Shown: piece after piece, positions 24,201 through 32,043 of the stretch
How positions within the stretch are numbered: position 1 is the stretch's first letter
How the letters are laid out: the number at the start of each line of letters is the position of its first letter
NCBI GenBank assembly: GCA_945613785.1
Contig: CALZAJ010000002.1
Coordinates: forward strand, 1-39,275
Reading direction: 5' to 3'
DNA from: an uncultured Verrucomicrobiota bacterium
GTDB taxonomy: Bacteria > Verrucomicrobiota > Kiritimatiellia > RFP12 > UBA1067
Length of the DNA: 39,275 nucleotides
Translations under genes and position numbers: made by a program
The notes under the pieces: model-generated
Told to the model about the DNA's origin: nothing
The model's input: only the letters and a program-made list of their open reading frames with translations
The model's database searches: none

Positions 24201-27200
24201 GCCTCGCTACCGGCTCGCCTTTCAATCTGGGTTCCAAGTTCACTTTCTCGGGCTGGTATCGCTTTTCTGGAGTTGATAGCGGAACCCACCCGCGGCTGGT
24301 GGGCAATAAGAAAGGAAATAAAGCTCCTGGTTGGAGTATCGAGGCGGCAGCCGGCAACGCCGAACTCTTGTATGTTCGAGCCAATCTTAGCGATCCGACT
24401 TCATACATCAATAAAAACGACAACCTTTATAACGATTGGGTTTACCTTTCTTTCGTTTTCGACGGCGACAAGTCTACGCTCTATTCGAACGGACGCTACG
24501 TGAATACGGTAACTATCAATCCGGTCGCCGATGCGGAAGAGGGGATGAACCTTTGCTTCGGCGCCAATGCCGATGGTACGGAATATTCGCTTAACGGTAG
24601 TTACGACGAGTTGCGTATCACCCGTGACGCGCTTTCAGCGGATTGGATAAAAACCGACTACGAGCAAATGGGCGGCGGCCGCGCGCCCACACACGGGCCG
24701 ATCTATGACGGCAGGGTTGCGCGTAACGGTTGGAAGGTCCTGCCGTCTCTCTCCAAGGCGAACTGGGACGAAGGAGAAGAGGCCGCGACCTATGAAGTTG
24801 GTGAGCCGCTCCTGGGTACGCCTTCGGTCAGCTTCCGCATCATGCCGACGGGCGTCGAAACCAATGAGATGCCGACGGTTCGTGGCAACTATCAGATTGT
24901 TTTCACCGTTCCCGCGGCGGAGGACGGCAGCTACGATGGAATGGAATACGCCATTGATTTCGCGATTGTTGACCATAGCCCTTATACGTCCGTCGGCGGT
25001 CTTAACGGTGATTCCGGTCGCGTCTTGCTCATGAATCGTGATCGAAATAGCAAGTGCCCCGTTGATCGGCAGGGATATTCGGATACGTCTACGAAGCAGT
25101 CGACCTTCTGGGAATACCTCAATGAGACTCCTTACTCTGGGATTGGTGATAATAATCTTCAGGATGGTACGGAGTTTATCCTGTGGACAAAGGGCTACGG
25201 AAGCAAACTCTGGTACCTTGCGAATTGCCGCCACGGTAATACATTCCCGCAGGACGATGACGCTCCGCTACTTGGATATCAAAACTACCTGAGTTGGTCC
25301 GAGGACTCATACTCGTATTATCGTCGTACGCTTCTTGCTTCACGTGAAGGTGTCGGTCATTGTGTTATGCAGAACACAACGGATGCAGCGGTGTATTCGT
25401 CGTGTTATGCAGATGGCATTGGCACTATCTATTTCGATGCTGTTAATGGATGGACAAATAATGTCGGTGGAACCTATTGCCTGGTTGTTGAAGTCGCGAC
25501 AAATGTAATTGGATCTGCACTTGCACCTGCAGATGAGAACATTTGGGAAGAACATCTAATATATGACGAGGGCACCGTTGATCCTGAAAGTGGTGAAGTG
25601 ACCCCGAATGTGATTGGCGCTTATACGAACTGGTACGAGAAGGCGGATTGGAAGCCTGTTCGTATGTTCTCTTTAAAGATGGATGGTACGGCTGCCTTTG
25701 AAAAGCTTCCTGCTACTGAGGAGCTTGATCTTGACATTGTCAATGGCGGAACAATCAGTAATTTCTTCCGCGTGTACGTGCCGCTGAACTACAGAATGCC
25801 AGCTCGTTTCCGCATTCGTCGCACGAGTATTGACCCCGCGAAGGCGGCGGATGGAAACGCCCTCATCCTCATCGACAACATCATCGCCTCTTATCCGACG
25901 ATGCGTGCTGATCTGAGCTCGTATGGTATCTTCGACGAGTCCAAGGGCGGTAAGCAGATCCTCGGTCAGGAAGCGGCCTGGGTGACGCCGTTCCCGTCCA
26001 TTGGCGATGATTCCGTCCTGGCGCGTGCGAAGCCGGAGTACTACGTGAACGGTGCGGATACGAATGCCGACACGAGCGCGTTCGTGACGGCGGCGAAAAT
26101 ACATTACCGCTGGCGTTATCTCGATCAGAAGTTCGGCGCGTGGAAGATGTCCAGCCTCGATCCCAAGAACGACTTCAAGGCGGTCAAGCCGCTTGAACTC
26201 CCGTCCATTCCGGGCGATATCGAATACTGGTACGAGACGAACCTCCAGACGCCGTTCTATCAGTACGTCGACTATTCGGGTACCAACCTCGGCGTTCCCG
26301 GCTATACGGAAGAGATCCTGATCGTCACCAACCGTGCGTCCGGCGTCAAGTTCGATAGCCAGGGCACCGATTGGTTCGTCCGTCTCCGCGAGGGTAAGAG
26401 CGACTATGAGGCGCTGAACCTCATCGTCCGTCGTTTCAATCCCGAAGGCACCGAGGTCGGTGTGACGAACGTGGTCGAGATGGAGCTCATCGGCAACCAC
26501 GTCTGGCGCGGTTATCTCCAGACGCTTTCGAGCTCGGTCGGTTCTCTCCTCTTCAAGGTCGAGGCCAAGAACCTCCAGGAACCCGGTTCGAAGGAGTGGA
26601 AGGAGAACGTCGCTTACTGGCGCAATTCCGAAGAGATCACGACGCTCCCGGTGAGCGGCACGCTGGTGGCCAGCTCTGAAGAAGAATGGACGCCGATGCC
26701 GTGCGATGCGACCACGGGCTACCTCCTTTTCCAGATCGATGACTCGACTCACTCGCTGACGATCGTCCATGCGGACTACCAGAACTTCAACGCGTGGAAC
26801 GACGCGAATGAGAACGGACTCTTCGTCGGCAGCTCGACGGAAGACGAGGGCAAGGCGGGTGCCTCCCCGAAGGCGATCGAGTGTTCCGAGTCCTTCAACG
26901 AGTGGGTTGACATGCCGGCGACGAACGAGCACTGGCAGGAAACCTTCACGACGACGGTCGCTCAGGAATATCCCGATTATACGACCTTCCCGTCCACCAC
27001 CACCCCGAACGGATGGAACGCGGGCCAGGGTCAGCTCGTCTACGGTCTCTATAAGGACAAGGACAGCGGCCGTGCGCTTCAGATGGCGGGTCAGGGCTTC
27101 GGTTATCTACAGTTTGTTGACGCGGCGGAAGCTCCGCGTGGCCTCGAGTCGATCAGCTTCACGGCGCGTCTGGCTCAGTCCATCAACTTCAGCGACTTCG

Positions 27201-30200
27201 CCTATTACGACGCCGAGTCGAAACTGGGTTTGCACGACTATACGTTCAACGCGCGTACGGCGTTCGACCTGAACGGCTGCAATGACTTCACGGGTAATGC
27301 GTCTCTCTCGCTGATCGCCTATTATCGTCCGGGTAAGGGCTGCTACGAGTTCCGTTATGAACAGCAGTACGCAGCCAAGAGCACGGGCGAATCGCTGACG
27401 GGCAAGATCGGCGGACCGAAGAAGCAGGGTCAGGTTCTTTCGCTCTATCGTTGGTCGTACGACAAAGCCACGGGTCGTCTCAATACGACGCTTCTCGGGT
27501 CGTTGACGAACACGACGGGTACGGCGAATGCATTCGATCATCCTAGGTGCGAGGGCACGTCCTACAACTACCAGCCGATGTACATCTCCGTCTCCAATAG
27601 TGCGGATGGTGTGACTTGCATCATGGCGGGTGTCTGCCGCACGGGCATCAAGGCGACGGATACGCTCTCGACGATGGCGGCCAAGGAGTTCTATAACGTC
27701 TGCTACCGTGACAAGAGCGCGCAGCGTCTGACGAGCGGCACCTACGGCGTGTTGTCCGCGAACTGCAACGGCCAGTTCATCAAGCCGTACAAGTTCTCCA
27801 AGCCGATTGCGTTCCTCTCGAACTTCACGGACGACAACAAGCCGTTCAACTCTTACACGAAGAACACGATTCCGTTCTATACGACGGATAAGACGGACTG
27901 CACGGTCGAACTCAATAATGACCTGTGGGTCATCCCGCCGGGTCGCATGGAGTCGTTCAACGAGTCCGTCTCCCAGTGCGGTGTCCGTGCGCTCAAACCG
28001 ACCCAGGAGCTGAACATCTACACCGGTACGGCCGGCAAGACGGACTGGACGCTTCTGGCGAAGACCTCGTTCGACAGCTTCGGTACGTCCAAGCCCGTCA
28101 ACTTCAACCTGTACACGACGAAGGACTGCTCGGTCAAGATCGCCGCGGCCGGTTCGCTTGCCGATCTCCGTACGGACCTCATCATCGACGACGTCGTCCT
28201 GAAGCAGTGGCGTGGCGACGACTACAAGAACAAGGACAAGATGGTGAAGTACATCCCGCACTGGCAGGAGCCGTCGGACATCAAGGGGCACACCAACTTC
28301 ACGTTCACGTCGTGCTGGATCAAGAACGAGAGCATCCTCATGTCGGCCAAGCGCACGATTCCGGGTACGCCTTGCGCGATCCAGTCGCCGCTCTTCGACG
28401 GCAACTACAACCGCGGTCTCGGTCTCGGCATGTTCTCCTTCAACTACGAGAACGCGCAGGAGAACGTCAACCTGATCCTCCAGATTGCGACGAACGTGGC
28501 CTATGACGTTGTCAATAACATCGACAATCTCGACACCAACACCTGGGTGTACGTCACGAACTTCACCTTCACCGCGGCCGACAAGGCCAAGGGCGTCCGC
28601 AGCGCTTACGTCGGTCACCATGGCGTCAAGGGCGTGATGCGTCTTGTGATGGATCCGATTGTCGTCGACAACGTCAGGAACACGACGGACACCGCGAAGT
28701 TCGGTGAGATTTACATTACCGACGTCTTCTGCCGCGACGAACCCGTCCTCGACAGCGGCAGCTGGTGGGGCTGGAACCTTCGTACGCTCGGTGTCGACAA
28801 CAGCGGCAAGGACTCGGAGCATCGCATGTACCTGCCCGACTTGACGACGGTTGCGTCGAAGCTCGGCCTTTCGCTCGCGCTCAACAACTCCGTGAAGGAC
28901 GGCGTGGATGACCGTGACAACCAGACCTACCTCCAGCACGTCCCGTTCCTCCAGACCCCGACGTTCACGTCGAACATCGTGGGCGAGGTGACGTTCCGTG
29001 CGCGTAAGTACAATCCGTCCGACAAGCAGCCCGCGTATCTCGCGCTCTTCGGTTCGAAGACTGGTGACGAGAACGGCAAGTGGGACCGTCTCGAGATTCC
29101 GGACAATGACCTTGGCGTCTTCATCATCTCCAACGACACCTTCTCGACCTACTCCTACAAGACCGAGCCGGGTCAGGCCTACAACGCCTTCCGCCTCGCG
29201 GTCACGGGTGTGGAGGACGTGACGGATCCGCATATGTCGAACGCTCTCCCGAAGGGCTACGACCAGCCCTACCGCGTCCTCATCGACGAAGTCCTCGTCT
29301 CTGAGGCCGTCCGTGCGCGTGTCGCGTTCCGTCACGTCGGCGCGTTCCGCCACGATCTGATGGGCACTGGTTTCGTACCGGATGTCCCGAGCGAGAAGGA
29401 GCAGCCGATGTGCAACGAGAGCTGGGGCGTCGAGTGCGAAGTCTACGCCGCCCAGCTGCCGGACGAAATCGACTTCTCGCGCAATCCGCGCGTCCGCCTC
29501 TGGTGGTATGCGGGCGAGTATCCGTGGGGCTTCGAGAGCTGGAAGACGAACAAGCTCGCGAAGAGCGCGTGGCTTGCCCGTGCGACGGGCACGAACCTCG
29601 TCTACCGCTCGAGCTATCAGACGGCGCAGGACGCGGTCATTCCGATGTCCACCGCCCCAGGCACGGTCGTCCAGTACATGCTCGAGGTCGAGTACTATCA
29701 GGTCGGCGCGTCCACTCCGCTGACGAACTATCTCTCGTCGGCTGACTGGTCAACGCCGTCGTGGTACAAGCCGGTTGATCTCAACCGTGACCACGGCTAT
29801 TCCGACTTCTCCGCCTATAACATCCTTGATACGGTCGCCCCGCACTGGGCCTGGATCAACGAGGTGAACATCTTCGGCGACTACGACCGCAACTACGACA
29901 ACGTCGACAAGAACAAGCAGTTCGTGGAAATCGCGGTTCCGGCGGAAGCCGACATCACCGGTTGGAAGGTCACCTTGCTCGAGCCGCAGAAGGGAACCGA
30001 TTCGGTCATCACGAACGTCCTCGGCGTGTTCGGCGCGAAGGAACTCGAGCCGAAGAAGCCGGGTCTGCGCAACATGGCCTCCAACATGGTCTTCCGCGTT
30101 CTCGCGTGCGAAAGCGCGCGTTCGTCCAAGACGCTCAGCTACGATGACGGCACGCTGGACGGCGTCTGGTCCGCGGATTATCCGACGACGGTCTTCACGG

Positions 30201-31603
30201 CGGCTGGCGAGATCTCCGCGATCAATCCGATCGGCTTCCAGCTCATTCGTGCGAGCGGCATCCTGGAGCATGAGATCGTGACGATCGGTACGAACTGGTG
30301 GAACGACCTCGAGTACTATCGTGACCAGTATCATCCGTCGAACACGGTGAACTATCTCAACAAGCACATGGCCGGCTCTTCGTTCACCTATGTCGGTGAC
30401 GATGACGGCGGCCTTGCGAATTCGCTCGGCGTGATCAACGAGCGCGGCCGTACGACGAACGTCTGGACGCGTGCGATGCACCACACGCCAGGCAGCATCA
30501 ACGAGGGTCAGAATATCGATCCCGACCATCCGACGCCGAACGGCTCGAGCGTGCTCATCTACGCGAACCTCGACATGAACACCGGCCACATCTATCAGAC
30601 GGTCGGCGAGGGCGTGAACACCAATGGTTCTCTGATCATCGCCATCCCGAAGGGCTCCGAGCGCGGCACGAACATCACCTATCGCGTCGATCCGTGGTTT
30701 GTCATCGGCACGGTCACGACCAACGGCAAGGAGACGGTTTCCCGTGCGCTCGCCGAACCTCGTACCTATCAGGTGACGGTCGGCGTCGGCGCGTCCAATA
30801 ATGTCACGGTTGTCGCGAGCGCGAAGCTGAATGACAGGCTTGTTGACCTCGGCCTTGTGGACGACAACAAGTATAAGCCAGCGGTCGTCGACTGGCTTGT
30901 GAAGGGCGAGGACGCCTATGGCAATCCGTGGGCGAACTACGGCGATGACGAGGTGCGTCTGGCGGACATCCTCCGTCTCGATGACACGGTTGTCACCAAC
31001 ATGACGCTCACGCAGATGTATTGGCTCGATATGGATCCGACGGTCGGCAATCTCGCGCTCAAGGCGGGCTTCTCCAGTCCGGCGCTCCCGAAGATCCGTG
31101 AGAACTTCTCCGGCCACACGGTGACGAACATCCAGCTGGCGGTCAAGATGATGATCACCAACCGTACGGAAGACGTTTCTGACACCAACGGCTACGGCAA
31201 GGCCTGGACGCCTTACGTGCTGCGCGGTCTCGAGCCGGGTTCGCTGTCCTGGGACTACTCCGACACGGCGGAGTGGGGCTGGACGAGCGTCACGTTCAAG
31301 GTGACCGGCATCCTTTGGAACGGCCTAACGAGCGAGAGCAATCCCGAGCAGTGGATTCCGCTGCGCTGGTTCGTGTTCAAGCCCGATTCCTTCTATCAGC
31401 CCGGGGAGGAGAAGGCGTTCACCTCCGAGATCGAGCTCATCGATCCGTACGGCACGGAGACGCCGGGCTACGGTGCGGGCTGGTATGACTGGGTGCGCGA
31501 GCACGGTCCGACGCCGATCTACTATTCCTGGTCGCTCGATACGCGTCTGAAGCCCTTTGGCATTGAAGTATTGAAAAAGAACAATTACTATGACTTCGAA
31601 TAA
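21299..31603 (+). CDS. Giant secreted protein (3434 aa): 2 x glycine-rich domain, Ig/MBG-like repeats, DUF2341 + LamG, several beta-sandwich modules, lamin-tail-like domain
   Basis: Uninterrupted 10.3-kb ORF. The alternative start at 21359 gives a classical signal peptide MKLRHAVKRALSTVCFMTAGATLFSLPFFSA. The motifs are detailed in the findings. Confidence 0.9.
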   Translation: MRQTIVETLIDERAIRHCVRMKLRHAVKRALSTVCFMTAGATLFSLPFFSARGEEYVVIDAAEAAKIGAAAGGDEIRQIDNGDSTLDIVHLFTSTGTSMSFTVPAENMIKPGTFRLLIVGGGGSGGGDCGGGGGAGGLIYLDNLSAASAVVNVGAGGAATTSKEMGKDGSPTTIQFGGTTYTALGGGGGAWWSGTNGRSGGSGGGAVQGNGNGSVGAAQQPTSTSGGYGNAGATSAVNNAGGGGGGAGGAGNTDGSGGPGMAYDISGETTYYAAGGGGGCDGTRSTSVGGSGVGGNGSHNGSKGATDGVAGTGSGGGGDGGGNLGQGSYTSRSGAGGSGVVILRYTVETSPIRSTGAIRKQVGDDTVLIFTNVNEACSFTLGGTAQARILAVGGGGAGGSGTYATTKGAGGGGGAGGMIDTNGVVLAAGVYSVVIGKGGAAAADVEDLYEGADGDPSYISINGNDVIRAYGGGGGGAVGAGRDGGCGGGGSKVSGTKAGVGGSALQSSSTFGGYGFNGGSSSTSRVGAGGGGAGAVGSASSTTGAQGGNGRISDITGEQVYYAGGGGGGMFTTTVYESLGGLGGGGNGGNNDAAATAGVDGLGGGGGGCNADTVGGAGGSGIIVVRISSVLDGPIAKPASASFVFDGEDHTLIPQMDFAYTITGTASATNVGDYHFKVELKDGFCWNGDPADTDPVEISWSITKAPNAITDLYQPNWLTGETPSTPTCHVDFGTPVYTYSTEENGEYVALDLASLGRGEYWVKATIKETANYDGAEAKASFRVVAGPSESFVYRTSFAVAGTDGTSTLTNFPVLLRLDKSNVGFDYAEIRQARDAGELSFADNTGAYLPYEIDTWNENGESLIWVRLNELSPLGATISMYWGLRDGYSVEPNNPQAVWTDFAGVWHMNEVILAGRASSTKSSDSTAGKHDATPVKGTNGNLTQMVSTNAVVGLGRVNSSVKSCLNGNRLATGSPFNLGSKFTFSGWYRFSGVDSGTHPRLVGNKKGNKAPGWSIEAAAGNAELLYVRANLSDPTSYINKNDNLYNDWVYLSFVFDGDKSTLYSNGRYVNTVTINPVADAEEGMNLCFGANADGTEYSLNGSYDELRITRDALSADWIKTDYEQMGGGRAPTHGPIYDGRVARNGWKVLPSLSKANWDEGEEAATYEVGEPLLGTPSVSFRIMPTGVETNEMPTVRGNYQIVFTVPAAEDGSYDGMEYAIDFAIVDHSPYTSVGGLNGDSGRVLLMNRDRNSKCPVDRQGYSDTSTKQSTFWEYLNETPYSGIGDNNLQDGTEFILWTKGYGSKLWYLANCRHGNTFPQDDDAPLLGYQNYLSWSEDSYSYYRRTLLASREGVGHCVMQNTTDAAVYSSCYADGIGTIYFDAVNGWTNNVGGTYCLVVEVATNVIGSALAPADENIWEEHLIYDEGTVDPESGEVTPNVIGAYTNWYEKADWKPVRMFSLKMDGTAAFEKLPATEELDLDIVNGGTISNFFRVYVPLNYRMPARFRIRRTSIDPAKAADGNALILIDNIIASYPTMRADLSSYGIFDESKGGKQILGQEAAWVTPFPSIGDDSVLARAKPEYYVNGADTNADTSAFVTAAKIHYRWRYLDQKFGAWKMSSLDPKNDFKAVKPLELPSIPGDIEYWYETNLQTPFYQYVDYSGTNLGVPGYTEEILIVTNRASGVKFDSQGTDWFVRLREGKSDYEALNLIVRRFNPEGTEVGVTNVVEMELIGNHVWRGYLQTLSSSVGSLLFKVEAKNLQEPGSKEWKENVAYWRNSEEITTLPVSGTLVASSEEEWTPMPCDATTGYLLFQIDDSTHSLTIVHADYQNFNAWNDANENGLFVGSSTEDEGKAGASPKAIECSESFNEWVDMPATNEHWQETFTTTVAQEYPDYTTFPSTTTPNGWNAGQGQLVYGLYKDKDSGRALQMAGQGFGYLQFVDAAEAPRGLESISFTARLAQSINFSDFAYYDAESKLGLHDYTFNARTAFDLNGCNDFTGNASLSLIAYYRPGKGCYEFRYEQQYAAKSTGESLTGKIGGPKKQGQVLSLYRWSYDKATGRLNTTLLGSLTNTTGTANAFDHPRCEGTSYNYQPMYISVSNSADGVTCIMAGVCRTGIKATDTLSTMAAKEFYNVCYRDKSAQRLTSGTYGVLSANCNGQFIKPYKFSKPIAFLSNFTDDNKPFNSYTKNTIPFYTTDKTDCTVELNNDLWVIPPGRMESFNESVSQCGVRALKPTQELNIYTGTAGKTDWTLLAKTSFDSFGTSKPVNFNLYTTKDCSVKIAAAGSLADLRTDLIIDDVVLKQWRGDDYKNKDKMVKYIPHWQEPSDIKGHTNFTFTSCWIKNESILMSAKRTIPGTPCAIQSPLFDGNYNRGLGLGMFSFNYENAQENVNLILQIATNVAYDVVNNIDNLDTNTWVYVTNFTFTAADKAKGVRSAYVGHHGVKGVMRLVMDPIVVDNVRNTTDTAKFGEIYITDVFCRDEPVLDSGSWWGWNLRTLGVDNSGKDSEHRMYLPDLTTVASKLGLSLALNNSVKDGVDDRDNQTYLQHVPFLQTPTFTSNIVGEVTFRARKYNPSDKQPAYLALFGSKTGDENGKWDRLEIPDNDLGVFIISNDTFSTYSYKTEPGQAYNAFRLAVTGVEDVTDPHMSNALPKGYDQPYRVLIDEVLVSEAVRARVAFRHVGAFRHDLMGTGFVPDVPSEKEQPMCNESWGVECEVYAAQLPDEIDFSRNPRVRLWWYAGEYPWGFESWKTNKLAKSAWLARATGTNLVYRSSYQTAQDAVIPMSTAPGTVVQYMLEVEYYQVGASTPLTNYLSSADWSTPSWYKPVDLNRDHGYSDFSAYNILDTVAPHWAWINEVNIFGDYDRNYDNVDKNKQFVEIAVPAEADITGWKVTLLEPQKGTDSVITNVLGVFGAKELEPKKPGLRNMASNMVFRVLACESARSSKTLSYDDGTLDGVWSADYPTTVFTAAGEISAINPIGFQLIRASGILEHEIVTIGTNWWNDLEYYRDQYHPSNTVNYLNKHMAGSSFTYVGDDDGGLANSLGVINERGRTTNVWTRAMHHTPGSINEGQNIDPDHPTPNGSSVLIYANLDMNTGHIYQTVGEGVNTNGSLIIAIPKGSERGTNITYRVDPWFVIGTVTTNGKETVSRALAEPRTYQVTVGVGASNNVTVVASAKLNDRLVDLGLVDDNKYKPAVVDWLVKGEDAYGNPWANYGDDEVRLADILRLDDTVVTNMTLTQMYWLDMDPTVGNLALKAGFSSPALPKIRENFSGHTVTNIQLAVKMMITNRTEDVSDTNGYGKAWTPYVLRGLEPGSLSWDYSDTAEWGWTSVTFKVTGILWNGLTSESNPEQWIPLRWFVFKPDSFYQPGEEKAFTSEIELIDPYGTETPGYGAGWYDWVREHGPTPIYYSWSLDTRLKPFGIEVLKKNNYYDFE

Positions 31604-32042
31604 GAAGACAGTGATTCTGGTGCTGGTGGTCCTGGCCGTCTTGCTCGGCCTGGTCTGCCTGCTTTGCACCAAGGTGCTGCGCGGCGAGAAAGAGCCGACG
31701 CAGGTGAAGTACGATGATCCCGTGCAGGCTCGCATGCACGACGAGACGTACGTGGCGAAGCTGAACGAGCAGCTCGCGTCGCGCAAAGAGATCCTCAAGG
31801 GTCTTTCGGCGGCGAAGACGAAGCTGAACGCAGCGAAGGCGAAGCTCGAGGAGGCGAAGAACGCCAAGGCCTCGGACGAGGAGATCGCCAAGTTGAGCGC
31901 CGAAGTCGCTGCGTGCAACGAAGACGTCCAGGCTTGGGCCAAGAATTTCGAAAACAATCAGCGCCTTTCCGAGAAGATCGTTCGCGATCAGATGTGGAAG
32001 TCGGGTGCGGATCAGCAGCAGCTTCAGCAGAAGGGGAACTAA
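31590..32042 (+). CDS. Small membrane-anchored coiled-coil protein (150 aa)
   Basis: N-terminal anchor KKTVILVLVVLAVLLGLVCLLC, followed by a Lys/Ala/Glu-rich heptad-like segment (LSAAKTKLNAAKAKLEEAKNAKASDEEIAKL). It overlaps the giant gene by 14 nt and ends 1 nt before the next ATG. Confidence 0.75.
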   Translation: MTSNKKTVILVLVVLAVLLGLVCLLCTKVLRGEKEPTQVKYDDPVQARMHDETYVAKLNEQLASRKEILKGLSAAKTKLNAAKAKLEEAKNAKASDEEIAKLSAEVAACNEDVQAWAKNFENNQRLSEKIVRDQMWKSGADQQQLQQKGN

Positions 32043-32043
32043 G

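Noticed and set aside
22778-31117. Minus-strand ORFs of 503, 199, 419, 748 and 455 aa (22778-24289, 24635-25234, 25673-26932, 27107-29353, 29750-31117), plus 31325-31957 and 31437-32189
   Set aside because: All lie inside the uninterrupted 10.3-kb + strand ORF or the 150-aa gene, show shadow composition, and are mutually discontinuous.
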